This document shows positions 37,448 through 46,778 of a stretch of DNA of 64,000 bases, one piece after another. The position numbers and the translations under genes were made by a program. The notes beneath the pieces were generated by a model. The model made no database searches. It was given only the letters and a program-made list of their open reading frames with translations, and was not told the DNA's origin. The number at the start of each line of letters is the position of its first letter. Position 1 is the stretch's first letter. The stretch comes from Escherichia phage rV5_ev158, in the sequence record LR694611; one strand, given 5' to 3'.

Positions 37448-37711
37448 ATGAACATCCTGATGTGGGTTGTAGCAGTGGCGTTTGTTGCATGTTTTTGCTG
37501 CTGGGTTGCGGTGAGGATTTCTGTAGCTACCCTTCGGAAGTTGGGGTTCTCAGAGTGGGATATTAATATCCTTTCTTTTCGCAATGAAACAATCTCAGCC
37601 GCCCTGCTCTGTAAGAAATTCAAGTGGGAACCTTGCGAGGTCATGAACTATCTAAGAACGGGAGATATCCCTGAAAGATTTAAAAAAGTTCTTGACGACA
37701 AGGATAAATGA
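37448..37711 (+). CDS. hypothetical protein with N-terminal transmembrane segment
   Basis: MNILMWVVAVAFVACFCCWVAV; AAGGTG RBS. Confidence 0.45.
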   Translation: MNILMWVVAVAFVACFCCWVAVRISVATLRKLGFSEWDINILSFRNETISAALLCKKFKWEPCEVMNYLRTGDIPERFKKVLDDKDK

Positions 37712-37739
37712 TAGTATAGTGACTAACAAGAGGTGAGGA

Positions 37740-37880
37740 ATGACTAATTTTACTGAAGCTTTAATGATGGCCTTGTCTGTTTTAGCGCTATCGGTGTGTT
37801 TTGGGGCGTTATTCACATCTCTGGTTAAAGTTTTACATACAGTATTATTACCCAAGGAGCGCAGTAATGACGAAGATTGA
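37740..37880 (+). CDS. small membrane peptide (46 aa)
   Basis: MTNFTEALMMALSVLALSVCFGALFTSLVKVL...; RBS AAGAGGTGAGGA; below ORF-track cutoff. Confidence 0.35.
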   Translation: MTNFTEALMMALSVLALSVCFGALFTSLVKVLHTVLLPKERSNDED

Positions 37881-38118
37881 CTTAAATGCTGGAGACCATG
37901 TTGTTGTCAAATGCATCGGAGATTATCTTGGATTCACAATCGGCAATACTTACGAGGCGGTAGTGGCGAAGGTTTACCATGATAAAGTCCTCAGTCTTGT
38001 ATTTGACTGCGATGATGATGGGGATGACCGATACGTCTGTGAGGTGCTGGCACGAGACGATAGTGAAGACCAGAAATTCCTGGTTATTGAACTGAACGGT
38101 ATTTTTGTAGAACGTTAA
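37867..38118 (+). CDS. hypothetical protein
   Basis: ATG (MTKIDLNAG) after AAGGAG RBS, in frame with ORF 37801..38118. Confidence 0.45.
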   Translation: MTKIDLNAGDHVVVKCIGDYLGFTIGNTYEAVVAKVYHDKVLSLVFDCDDDGDDRYVCEVLARDDSEDQKFLVIELNGIFVER

Positions 38119-38146
38119 TTTAAAACAACATAAGGAGACTCTTACT

Positions 38147-38452
38147 ATGGCTAAATCTAAAGTTGAACTGTTCACCTCTCTTCCTTCTGACACTGCAGAG
38201 CGTGATCGCCTTCGCAAAACAATCGAAGAACTGGTAGAACTCCAACTTCAGATTAAAGATCTGAAAGATGCCATTAAGGATATCATTCTCGTTGAGAAGC
38301 AGGATCACCTGTATTCTCCTAAATTCATCAAATCTCTGGTGGCTACCGAGTTCGATATTCGCTATGAGGCTGAAAAACGTCGCGCTAAAATCGAAGAAGA
38401 GGTTGAGCACATGTCTGAGGCAGACATTCTGTTCAAACGCTCTGTAGAATAA
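38147..38452 (+). CDS. hypothetical protein (predicted helical, charged)
   Basis: AGGAG RBS before ATG. Confidence 0.5.
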   Translation: MAKSKVELFTSLPSDTAERDRLRKTIEELVELQLQIKDLKDAIKDIILVEKQDHLYSPKFIKSLVATEFDIRYEAEKRRAKIEEEVEHMSEADILFKRSVE

Positions 38453-38458
38453 TGACAA

Positions 38459-38486
38459 AGAGGGGGGCTTGGGCCCCTCTTTTTAC
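38459..38486 (+). terminator. intrinsic terminator, GC-rich hairpin AGAGGGG...CCCCTCT plus TTTTT
   Basis: read from sequence after 38452 stop. Confidence 0.6.
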
Positions 38487-38507
38487 TATCTATGAAGGAG
38501 ATTTGAG

Positions 38508-38834
38508 ATGGGTATACCGATTACTGTAAAAGAGCTAAATGAACGTGATGCAGGTGGTCTATGGCCTGCACGAAAAATCCGCTGCGTCTATATGAAAGAG
38601 AATCTTGAACATCTTGATCAACAGATAAAGGTCGGCGATATTTTCGAGGTCTTCTATTCCAATCGGCGCAACTGGGAAACCATTCAGCCTTCTGGTTTTG
38701 TTCTTGCCAAACTTGACACTGGAGAAGTGATTATCCCTGGGTTGGATATTGTCTTCGAAATTATCCAAGAGTGGGATCCGGATAAGATTAGATACGAAGA
38801 ATTATTCGGTAAAGGTATTATCAAACCTGTGTGA
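38508..38834 (+). CDS. hypothetical protein
   Basis: AGGAG RBS before ATG. Confidence 0.5.
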   Translation: MGIPITVKELNERDAGGLWPARKIRCVYMKENLEHLDQQIKVGDIFEVFYSNRRNWETIQPSGFVLAKLDTGEVIIPGLDIVFEIIQEWDPDKIRYEELFGKGIIKPV

Positions 38835-39142
38835 GGTGGATTATGTCTACAAAGGCGGCTAAATACTCCTATATGCCATCAACCTCTGCAGAGGTAGACT
38901 TTAGTTTCGATGTGTTTCCACTGTTTGAGGTGATTCTGGCATACCCAACAATACTATCTACTCCTGAATCACTTGTACCTGTTAAGTTGCAGAACGCTAT
39001 GCATTCTATGCACTACAACAACAAATGTAGGCACAGATGGTGTCAGGACGAGGAAAAAGATTTGGATAGTTTGAGGGATTTTGACAGTCACCTTTTGACA
39101 CCTTTCAGCTACTCCAACCTTGATAAGCCCTCATGGGTATAG
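38831..39142 (+). CDS. hypothetical protein
   Basis: ATGA coupling with upstream gene. Confidence 0.45.
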   Translation: MRWIMSTKAAKYSYMPSTSAEVDFSFDVFPLFEVILAYPTILSTPESLVPVKLQNAMHSMHYNNKCRHRWCQDEEKDLDSLRDFDSHLLTPFSYSNLDKPSWV

Positions 39143-39166
39143 CAAAATATCAAATTTAAGACACCT

Positions 39167-39193
39167 AGGACGCTCTGTGGCGTCCTTTTCTTT
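39167..39193 (+). terminator. intrinsic terminator AGGACGC-TCTGTG-GCGTCCT plus TTTCTTT
   Basis: read from sequence. Confidence 0.6.
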
Positions 39194-39355
39194 ATCTGGT
39201 GCACGATTGCATACCTTGGACAGATAATCTCGTTACAGAGCGTTTAAGAGCTTTCTACAAACAAGTCTCTCTTTCGAGCGTAGCGAGAACGCACGTCCGT
39301 TTTGACCCAAATCACCATACGCTCGGATTTTAACCAAACCCTCGCGGCGTTGCTG

Positions 39356-39384
39356 TTGACACATTACCGCTCCCGTGATAGTAT
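39356..39384 (+). promoter_or_regulatory. sigma70-type promoter TTGACA-N17-TAGTAT
   Basis: read from sequence. Confidence 0.55.
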
Positions 39385-39404
39385 CCACACACAGTTTGGA
39401 GAAT

Positions 39405-39506
39405 ATGGAATACACAATGAGAACATTGTCTGAAGTTTTAGTGGTGATCCTGATGATCATTACTTCCATAGCGGCTGTTGCCGGAATACTCACGGGTGGA
39501 ACATGA
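39405..39506 (+). CDS. small hydrophobic peptide (33 aa)
   Basis: MEYTMRTLSEVLVVILMIITSIAAVAGILTGGT; stop overlaps ATG of next ORF; below ORF-track cutoff. Confidence 0.35.
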   Translation: MEYTMRTLSEVLVVILMIITSIAAVAGILTGGT

Positions 39507-39715
39507 TCAACACACATGCATCTGAAGAGACATCCGAAGGAGTGACCATATGTCCCTTGGATGAGCCAGTTAAAGAGGAAAACTTAGATTCTGAGGACTC
39601 TTCATCTTCGTCCCAGACAGATCCTGAGGCTGATGACCTGACGTGGGAGGACATCGTAGATATCTGGTTCTCTATTATGCCTGAGCACGAAGAGTTCAGA
39701 GGTGGTAGACTATGA
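39503..39715 (+). CDS. small very acidic protein
   Basis: Asp/Glu/Ser-rich ORF coupled to upstream peptide. Confidence 0.4.
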   Translation: MINTHASEETSEGVTICPLDEPVKEENLDSEDSSSSSQTDPEADDLTWEDIVDIWFSIMPEHEEFRGGRL

Positions 39716-39836
39716 AGCACCGAGCCCACACAGGTTCCTCATGCTAAAGCATGGCCTGAAGAGGCAAACGTGTATAATTCTTGTGCATTGGAACGTATAA
39801 AACCCTGTTCACACTCTCATTCCCAGAGGAGATTTT

Positions 39837-40052
39837 ATGAAGATAGAGATATTTGGTGGAGCTGACAACACTCGTGGCCTGATTTACCTTGAATTCGATG
39901 AATCATACCTGCCAGAGGTGTTAAATATAGACTCTGTTGCTGAGGCTTTGGGAGTAAACCCTAAAGAACTCCACTCTTGTGCTGAGATCGATGGTTGGGA
40001 AGAGACCATGAACATTGATTTCAGTGAAGTAGAGGATGAACCGCTAGACTGA
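39837..40052 (+). CDS. small acidic protein (MKIEIFGG N-terminus); last plus-strand gene
   Basis: GAGGAG RBS; acidic tail EVEDEPLD. Confidence 0.45.
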   Translation: MKIEIFGGADNTRGLIYLEFDESYLPEVLNIDSVAEALGVNPKELHSCAEIDGWEETMNIDFSEVEDEPLD

Positions 40053-40748
40053 CACACAATCAGCTGCCCGGCTAAAGTGCTGGAAGCGCACCTATAACAC
40101 ATCTTTCAACTAAATTTCCTACCACCACAATCACTTACCTACCACACATGACTGTTTGCTTGTTTAGTGAGCAGTCATGCCTTGACATTCTTGCCTATCC
40201 TGATAAAATTAAGTTCTTCTCTTTTCTTTTACCGAGTAATTCGGGTTTTCTGTTCTCTTCGGTTTGAAGGGGTATGGAGATACACCTGAGTGAACAGGGT
40301 GAACAACCGAACCATTGGCTATGGCATTAGCATGGCGAAGCGGACGGGTGACGAAAGAGGGGCCGGAGGACACCAGTCACTGCCATATGATATATGGGTG
40401 ATAACCTGAAGAGTCTGAATAAGTGTTTAAGTACCAGTCAGAGGAAAAGGTGAATGGTAGCCGAAGGGGGATGGGGGGTTTCTTGTATCTTTAATTTGTA
40501 TATTATGTATACACTTGTAAACCAATCTCATCTGAATCTGTTTACCACACAAAGCGGATAGAGACAAATATCACCTATTAAACTTGAATTATTTATAGAA
40601 AATACCACAACACCACTTAAGTCTTTGATTTTACACACAAATCCTACAGATATTCAACCTCCATATTTAACATACTTGTAACATATTCCATACTCTACCT
40701 GTCTGATCAATTTCCCCAACTACATTCTCATATTTTCCCTGTCTGTAC

Positions 40749-40946
40749 TACCCCTGCCCCGCCGGGAGTCCCGTCATATCTGGCTTTCCAGCAAATATCA
40801 CACCCACAAATATCATTGCCTGAAGAGGGTTTCATCCCATAATACCTGCCTTACCTGAAGAGCGCTTCATACACCACGTAAATTTTTTAATTGACCTCCC
40901 CCTGCCCCGCCGGAGAGGTTGGCTTTTCCCACACAGACCTGAAGAG
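40749..40946. repeat. imperfect direct repeats, each starting CCCCTGCCCCGCCGG and ending CCTGAAGAG
   Basis: 9-mer CCTGAAGAG occurs five times between ~39755 and ~40946. Confidence 0.6.
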
Positions 40947-41522
40947 TCAGCCAGAAATATCTGAACAGGCCCAATTCTACCACGATTTTGACCTGACCTA
41001 CAGGGAGGCCCGAAGGGTCTAGCTTTCAGCTAGAGTCCTTGCAGGACCTACAGGAGCGCTGCCAGGCGGACGGAATGGGAATACTTCTCATTCTTATAAC
41101 AATTCTCAAATATCGAGACAGTGAGAGAAATTAATAGGCCAGGCCGTTCACACAGTGGCACAACATTTGCAACCTATTTTGGGTGGATGAATGAGAATAC
41201 CTATCATTGTGAGAACTGTTATCATTACGGGCAATTTAACATAATACCCATTATGCGCACCACCGGCGATACATACAGGGATTGATAACATGGGTTACTG
41301 TTTACGCACATAACAATTATATTTCTTACTATTTGTGTGGGATATAGTTAGCAGCCGATAGATTAGATATTAACCTGCAGACTTCTGACCGTCCAGACGT
41401 CTAAACGCCCACACACCAAGGATTATACATACACTCCTGAATGTAAACAGGGCCGCAAAAATGCTACCATACAAGCTTGTAAATTTTTCATGCAGCACTT
41501 GACAAAGAGGAGAAAAACTTGT

Positions 41523-41648
41523 CTGACATAATGTGACCTAACTGACACAACATGACACTTTTACACACCTATTAGTTTACACACTGGATTGTTTACATTC
41601 CTGATTGTTCACATGCTAACCATTTACATGATTGACTGTTTACACACC
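41523..41648. repeat. iteron-like short repeats: four TGACA-type at ~10 bp spacing, then five TGTTTACA-type at ~16 bp spacing
   Basis: read directly from sequence in ORF-free region. Confidence 0.5.
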
Positions 41649-41656
41649 GATAATCA

Positions 41657-41950
41657 GCCATGCCATTCGTTTGCATGAAAACAATTAACAAGATAACAAT
41701 CGACAAGTTAATAATCTTTCGCTGGCTATGCCAGGTGACTAGGTCACCCCTTCGGGCGTTCCTATGACATAATATAAAAGCAGGGCAACTATTAGCAGAT
41801 CTATAGTTGCCTTGCTTGTTATGTCATGATTAACTAAATACAAGGCAACTATGATCTGATTAATAGTTTGCAGACAAACTATCACGGGGGTGATGGTTAC
41901 TGCTTTTATATTATGTCGCGACTCCGTCGCGCCATGCCATTCGTTTGCAT
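41657..41950. repeat. composite dyad-symmetry element: 20-bp direct repeats flanking an 18-bp perfect inverted repeat and internal palindromes
   Basis: GCCATGCCATTCGTTTGCAT at ~41657 and ~41931; GACATAATATAAAAGCAG (41766-41783) inverted at 41901-41918; internal hairpins GGCAACTAT/ATAGTTGCC, GGTGAC-TAG-GTCACC, CGCGAC-TCC-GTCGCG. Confidence 0.6.
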
Positions 41951-42558
41951 AGTTGCCTTATTGTTACGAATAAAACAATTGCATTGTTAATGATTTCTTA
42001 TCTTTCTCTTAGTCATCTAATGATTCCAGTCAGTATAGTAATGTACAGTAAACATTAGACGACTAAAGATTTCTCTGTTTATGATAACTCATCTTGATAA
42101 TTTCGGACTGTTTACGAAAAATGTTGACACCTGAGCTGATTTATGTTATGCAGTTTACACGAATAATTATTTTATGCAGGTATTGACTATTCCGTTATTC
42201 TGTGGTTGGAATAAATACTTTGCAGGCTATAGAATGGCGTGCGTACGTGAATTCTGAGATCTGGCGGCTATAGTTATACTCGATTTTTCGCGTAGAACAC
42301 GCTTTCGATGCTGTGTAAGTGTATGACTTATAAAGATTTTTAGTTGTTGACAAGATATTGGAGATGTGCATCAGGTTAAAATTTGTGCAATAGCGGCATT
42401 ACGTGCACTTTTGGGAGAGAAAACGGGTAAAAATGGACTTGCTACCACACAATGAAAAATTATGCAATAGTTATTTTCCATGTATATTTGTACAGTATGT
42501 GGGATTGATGGCTAGTCAATTATTCCACTTGCCAGGTAGGGCCGTTTATGGTAGGAGA

Positions 42559-42590
42559 AGAGCAGACAAAAAGAAAGGGGCCTAAGCCCC
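42559..42590 (-). terminator. intrinsic terminator for the minus-strand block (GGGGC-TTAG-GCCCC then T-run on minus strand)
   Basis: hairpin ~20 nt beyond the stop of gene 42611..43030. Confidence 0.55.
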
Positions 42591-42610
42591 TTGATAATTC
42601 AGTTAAAAAA

Positions 42611-43030
42611 TTATAATGATTCGTATATTTCAAAAATCCGATTTGCCAGGTCGTTACGGTAGCGGAATTTTTCCTCACGTTTGATCATAAGATCTTTATA
42701 GCCGTACTCTTTAAGCACTTCATTAACTTTATGGCGGCATACTTTCATATTATCCTGCGCGTCACCAATAAATCTGTTGCTATGGTGCATGGCTTTAATT
42801 TCTTCTTCCAGGACCAGGGCAACTATGCGGACCGGATCAAGCTGATAGGCGGTAACATCCATGCGGCATTGTAAACGGCTTTTTACGTCTGCCACCGGAT
42901 ATACTGCAACCTCTTCCCCGTCAACATTGATAATAATTAGTTTACCATCGATTTCGAATCCTTTCGCCGCCGGACCGTGACAAAAAGCGTTATCAAAGCT
43001 ATATGCCGGATTATTAGATTTAATGTTCAT
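42611..43030 (-). CDS. hypothetical protein
   Basis: minus-strand ORF; TTGACA-N17-TATATT promoter-like sequence upstream on minus strand. Confidence 0.5.
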   Translation of the reverse strand: MNIKSNNPAYSFDNAFCHGPAAKGFEIDGKLIIINVDGEEVAVYPVADVKSRLQCRMDVTAYQLDPVRIVALVLEEEIKAMHHSNRFIGDAQDNMKVCRHKVNEVLKEYGYKDLMIKREEKFRYRNDLANRIFEIYESL

Positions 43031-43174
43031 GGTGTTTTTACCTCTTAGTTAATTTTCTTACAACTTCCCTTCAAAAAAGAATATAGCAAAACTGCCGATC
43101 CCTGTCAACCAGGGATAGCATAATTTTTATGTGATCAAGGGGCTTTATTGCCCCTGACCATGTAACTTGTTGTA

Positions 43175-43438
43175 TTATTTGTTGCTCATCCAGTTTTCCC
43201 AAGCTGCCTGATAATCTGCCTCACTACGGCGGATCTCTTCTTGCTCTTCAAGGCGGATCTCTTCTTCCAGGTACCCCAAGATGTCAGCCTTTTTAGTCTG
43301 GCGTAGCATCCAGTCATCTTTTTTGCGAGTGAAGATCTTATAAGCTTTCTCGCAAACCTCTTTTTTGCTACCTTTCTGGACTTCAAGAACACGATAAGCC
43401 ATATATTGAACTAATTTGAGCTGATCAAGACGTTTCAT
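43175..43438 (-). CDS. hypothetical protein
   Basis: minus-strand ORF with upstream GC hairpin. Confidence 0.45.
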   Translation of the reverse strand: MKRLDQLKLVQYMAYRVLEVQKGSKKEVCEKAYKIFTRKKDDWMLRQTKKADILGYLEEEIRLEEQEEIRRSEADYQAAWENWMSNK

Positions 43439-43498
43439 GATGTTTACCTCTTTGTGCGGTTCTGATTAGTGGGCCTTTTGGCCCGTGTCATTATCTTA

Positions 43499-43771
43499 TT
43501 ACTTATGGCGGCAGAATTCAAGCGTTTTTAATTGATAATCTTCCTCAGCCTGGAGTACAACCGCCTCGATCATTTCGTTGGCATTGTTGAAGCCATACCC
43601 TTTAGCGAACTCGTCCGCACCACCTTCGTGATCATGTTCTGCGTTCATCGCTTCCACAAAATGGAATTCCAAATTGTTGAGGTAGGGGCTTGATGTGCCG
43701 TCTTCTTTTTCGATGAGATCCCAAATAGCATTAAAACGTGATTCGACTTCTTGATTAATCCAGCTTGACAT
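43499..43771 (-). CDS. hypothetical acidic protein
   Basis: minus-strand ORF. Confidence 0.45.
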   Translation of the reverse strand: MSSWINQEVESRFNAIWDLIEKEDGTSSPYLNNLEFHFVEAMNAEHDHEGGADEFAKGYGFNNANEMIEAVVLQAEEDYQLKTLEFCRHK

Positions 43772-43989
43772 AGTGTTTTCCTCTCTTCTGGTTGTTGTGT
43801 GGGCACCTTTGCCCCTTCAAGATAAATGTTACCCCACCCCCTGGCAGATGTCAACGGTTTTTATAGTTCTTATATGACAGGCAGGCCTGGTGATTGTCTC
43901 CCCCTGTTCCCAAGTGCCGCCCGTTTAATAAGAATAGCAAAAGGGGCCGAACAAGTCAACCCCAAAATCAGTACCAAAACACTTTTTAT

Positions 43990-44301
43990 TTATACGGTCC
44001 GGTCATTGGCCTTTGTCCAGGACCTGGCGATCCGTTTCCCAGTCACCTGGAACGGAGACTGCATTGTGTGTAATGAATCCAGCGTAAGGGAGGACCGTTT
44101 ACGGCGTATCTTCAGGATCGCCAATGTATTGTCCATCTCACGGCCAGGTCCTGGGCGGTATGGTGTGCCTCCAGCGTTAAGGTTGATGATCTCATGTATT
44201 GAGATCCGGCGTTGTTTTGCTTCCGCATCTTTGAAGATAGCCAGTGGAGGCGCTATGCGTTGCCGATACCAATCTAAAACGGTTGGCGTAATAGCGATCA
44301 T
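43990..44301 (-). CDS. hypothetical protein
   Basis: minus-strand ORF. Confidence 0.45.
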   Translation of the reverse strand: MIAITPTVLDWYRQRIAPPLAIFKDAEAKQRRISIHEIINLNAGGTPYRPGPGREMDNTLAILKIRRKRSSLTLDSLHTMQSPFQVTGKRIARSWTKANDRTV

Positions 44302-44489
44302 ATTTTACCCCCTATGTAGTCCGGTCGGTTTTTCTCTGTCATGCGTTTTAGCAATTCTTGAATAATCCCTATTGCGGTTAATGTCTCATCTTCACGCTTT
44401 GAGTCAACATACCCGGGATCGTTTATAACTTTTGTCTGATTATGATATCTCAATACCGCCAACACTTTTACAGCTTCATCAGTGGTCAT
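44298..44489 (-). CDS. hypothetical protein
   Basis: ATGA-type coupling to 43990..44301. Confidence 0.4.
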   Translation of the reverse strand: MTTDEAVKVLAVLRYHNQTKVINDPGYVDSKREDETLTAIGIIQELLKRMTEKNRPDYIGGKI

Positions 44490-44497
44490 TATCGCAC

Positions 44498-44632
44498 CTA
44501 AAACAATGAGTTAATATATAACACCAGATCGCTGACCACTAGAACAACACTGATCAGCACATACCTAACCATAAGGGTAAAGAGCGCCAATATTGACACC
44601 ACAATCCCCAAGGTGGTGATTATCTTTTTCAT
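44498..44632 (-). CDS. small hydrophobic membrane peptide (44 aa)
   Basis: MKKIITTLGIVVSILALFTLMVRYVLISVVLVV...; fills the gap between flanking genes; below ORF-track cutoff. Confidence 0.35.
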   Translation of the reverse strand: MKKIITTLGIVVSILALFTLMVRYVLISVVLVVSDLVLYINSLF

Positions 44633-44634
44633 GG

Positions 44635-44919
44635 TTAACGGTTCACGTAAGCTTTACCGTTTACCGTCATCGGCAAATCTTCCAGGTCTGGATCTTCCTT
44701 AAGGTCACGAGCAAGCTCACCGCACCGGATACCCTCGAATCCGTAGTACTCTGTTGTACCGTCATTAAAAGTTTTAGTGGCAAGGCATAAGCGATAAGTA
44801 ACCCCGATTCGATTGACGGCATGAATATCCGTTAGATTAACCTCTTTTGCCAGCTCATTAGCCATTGCAGGCGCATTAAGTCCAACAACCAGGGTAACCG
44901 CTGCGATCATCTTTTTCAT
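44635..44919 (-). CDS. secreted/periplasmic small protein (signal peptide)
   Basis: MKKMIAAVTLVVGLNAPAMA then ANE: signal-peptide-like N-terminus. Confidence 0.5.
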   Translation of the reverse strand: MKKMIAAVTLVVGLNAPAMANELAKEVNLTDIHAVNRIGVTYRLCLATKTFNDGTTEYYGFEGIRCGELARDLKEDPDLEDLPMTVNGKAYVNR

Positions 44920-45010
44920 TGTGTCTATCCTCTTTCTGCTACGTTTAAGGCGGCGGTAACCGCCTGTTTATGCTTTGTTGGTTAATTTTCAGGTATCTGT
45001 ATAAATTAAA

Positions 45011-45226
45011 CTATGCTGTACGCTCAACTATAACAACGGTTTGGGGGATCTCCCCTTCCACCACTAGTAAGGCCTTTTTCTGCGTGATAGATATCTTTAC
45101 CCGTTGCAGCGTGGCGGTGAAGTCTTTCATTTCGTCACGCGGTGTTTTAGTGCAGTACCAGATCTCAGGCTTGCCGATCTGTAAGTTGCGTAAAAATTCT
45201 GTTTTGCCTGTTTTGTTAGTGATCAT
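45011..45226 (-). CDS. hypothetical protein
   Basis: GGTGAGG RBS upstream on minus strand. Confidence 0.4.
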   Translation of the reverse strand: MITNKTGKTEFLRNLQIGKPEIWYCTKTPRDEMKDFTATLQRVKISITQKKALLVVEGEIPQTVVIVERTA

Positions 45227-45410
45227 TTGTCAACCTCACCCGATACCGTTGGAAGACAAGATCACATTAGCCATGGTTGCAATCAGGCCAATACCCAGGG
45301 CAATAACCGGGATCACAGCATCAATTAATTTTTGTTTCATGGTGTTTATTCTCTTCTGTTAGTAACCTTATTCATAGGGCCGCTGCCACGGCCCCAGGGT
45401 AAGGCGGCTA

Positions 45411-45656
45411 TTAGTGTTTCATTCCAACCATAGCGGCGCGGATCGCCGTAGTGCTGTACTTGAAGCCGTCCGGGGTCTTATCTTGTCCGGTTAGCTCCAG
45501 AAAAAGCATCATATCCCGCGCCGCATCATTACGATTAGCATTAGCGTTAATAAAGCCTTGGGCCAACCGGTACAATGACTCATCGTTATTAATCCAAAGG
45601 CTTACATTCCAATGAGTTTTGTTTTTGTAACCGTTATAACCTTTATTGCTTTTCAT
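45411..45656 (-). CDS. hypothetical protein
   Basis: minus-strand ORF. Confidence 0.45.
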   Translation of the reverse strand: MKSNKGYNGYKNKTHWNVSLWINNDESLYRLAQGFINANANRNDAARDMMLFLELTGQDKTPDGFKYSTTAIRAAMVGMKH

Positions 45657-45747
45657 GGTGTTTACCTCTTCTTTGTTCCGGGTGGCGGATCATTCTACCA
45701 CCTTATGTATTATGCTTTGTTAGATGGTTGTTTGTTGTCAAACTATT

Positions 45748-45927
45748 TTAACGATAATCATCGTACGCTTTATTAACCTGGCGAATATAACATTCAAAAG
45801 CTAGATCAATAGATTCATATTCACGGATATACTCACCATAGGAAACCACATACATTTCTATAGCTTCCTCATATGCGAGGAGAATAGAATCTAAGCCTAC
45901 GATCTCGGTCTTTGCAATAATAGCCAT
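45748..45927 (-). CDS. hypothetical protein
   Basis: start set at internal ATG (MAIIAK) with AAGAGGA RBS; in frame with ORF 45748..45969. Confidence 0.4.
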   Translation of the reverse strand: MAIIAKTEIVGLDSILLAYEEAIEMYVVSYGEYIREYESIDLAFECYIRQVNKAYDDYR

Positions 45928-46002
45928 GATTTTTATCCTCTTTGTGGTTGGTGGGGCTTGTTGCTCCATTTTATTTATATATTACAGTTTTATATGGTCA
46001 TG

Positions 46003-46236
46003 TCAACTATTTTCAAAAAATTTTTCTGCTGTGATATTCTTTCCGGTAGGGTTCGCTACTTTCAAAATTCTATCATGCACCGGACGCCCGAAAGAATAAG
46101 ATCCGTATACAGTAAACCAATAATCACCGTCAGGCTGTACTATTACCGCCGCATAGGGTACGCCTTTTTCGTTTTTGCTGACAAAATAGATCACATTGCC
46201 ATTAATAGCCTCAGTGCGTTTAATTTGTTCCATCAT
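46003..46236 (-). CDS. hypothetical protein
   Basis: minus-strand ORF with 5' GC hairpin upstream. Confidence 0.45.
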   Translation of the reverse strand: MMEQIKRTEAINGNVIYFVSKNEKGVPYAAVIVQPDGDYWFTVYGSYSFGRPVHDRILKVANPTGKNITAEKFFENS

Positions 46237-46291
46237 GATGATTTACCTCTCTTTATTTTCATAATTGGGGGCCTTTTCGGCCCCGCCAGGT

Positions 46292-46576
46292 TTATTTATT
46301 GATAGCGTGCAGCGGGAAAGCTACGCCAGGTTGATAAATAACCTTTACAACCTCATCAGGACAAAAGAAGTTGCAGAACTCACCGCAATAGGCCTCATCC
46401 TCTTTCAACTCTTCATCAACATACTCAAAAAAGTAGTCGATGCTTGGATAATCCTGGCCGGGATTATAGTCAACCATCGTTAATAATAACTCTTGATCAT
46501 TCCGTAGGATGTGCATACCCGCTTTTAAGTATTTTGCTTCCATTTCTACTACATCGCCAGCGGTAACAATAGCCAT
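46292..46576 (-). CDS. hypothetical acidic protein
   Basis: minus-strand ORF; TTGCAT-N17-ATAATA promoter-like sequence upstream. Confidence 0.45.
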   Translation of the reverse strand: MAIVTAGDVVEMEAKYLKAGMHILRNDQELLLTMVDYNPGQDYPSIDYFFEYVDEELKEDEAYCGEFCNFFCPDEVVKVIYQPGVAFPLHAINK

Positions 46577-46778
46577 GATTTTAACTCCTATCTATCTGGT
46601 CAACGATTGGGGGCCTCCCCCTCGACAACTCTTATTATCCATATTGTCGGGAATGATGCAAGTACTTCTTTAAAAATTTTTTAAGCGCCCCGTATGCCGT
46701 TGTAACGCCAAAATAATAAAGGCCATGCAACCGCATGGCCTTTATGTGATTATATTGCTGCAGGCCCTGCTAGGGGCC

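Noticed and set aside
41657-41950. Insertion sequence or MITE
   Set aside because: Direct repeats flanking inverted repeats hint at a mobile element, but 20-bp flanking repeats are long for target-site duplications and no transposase is present; kept as a structural element only.
40060-42600. Possible tRNA cluster in the large ORF-free region
   Set aside because: I looked for T-loop-like GTTCRANYC motifs and cloverleaf-compatible arms and found none convincing; this needs tRNAscan-SE or ARAGORN to settle.
43826-44365. 179-aa plus-strand ORF and the 53444..53719 minus-strand ORF sharing the peptide TGRPGDCLP
   Set aside because: Both run through intergenic GC-rich repeat copies and overlap better-supported genes on the other strand; the shared peptide comes from the repeated DNA motif, not a gene family.
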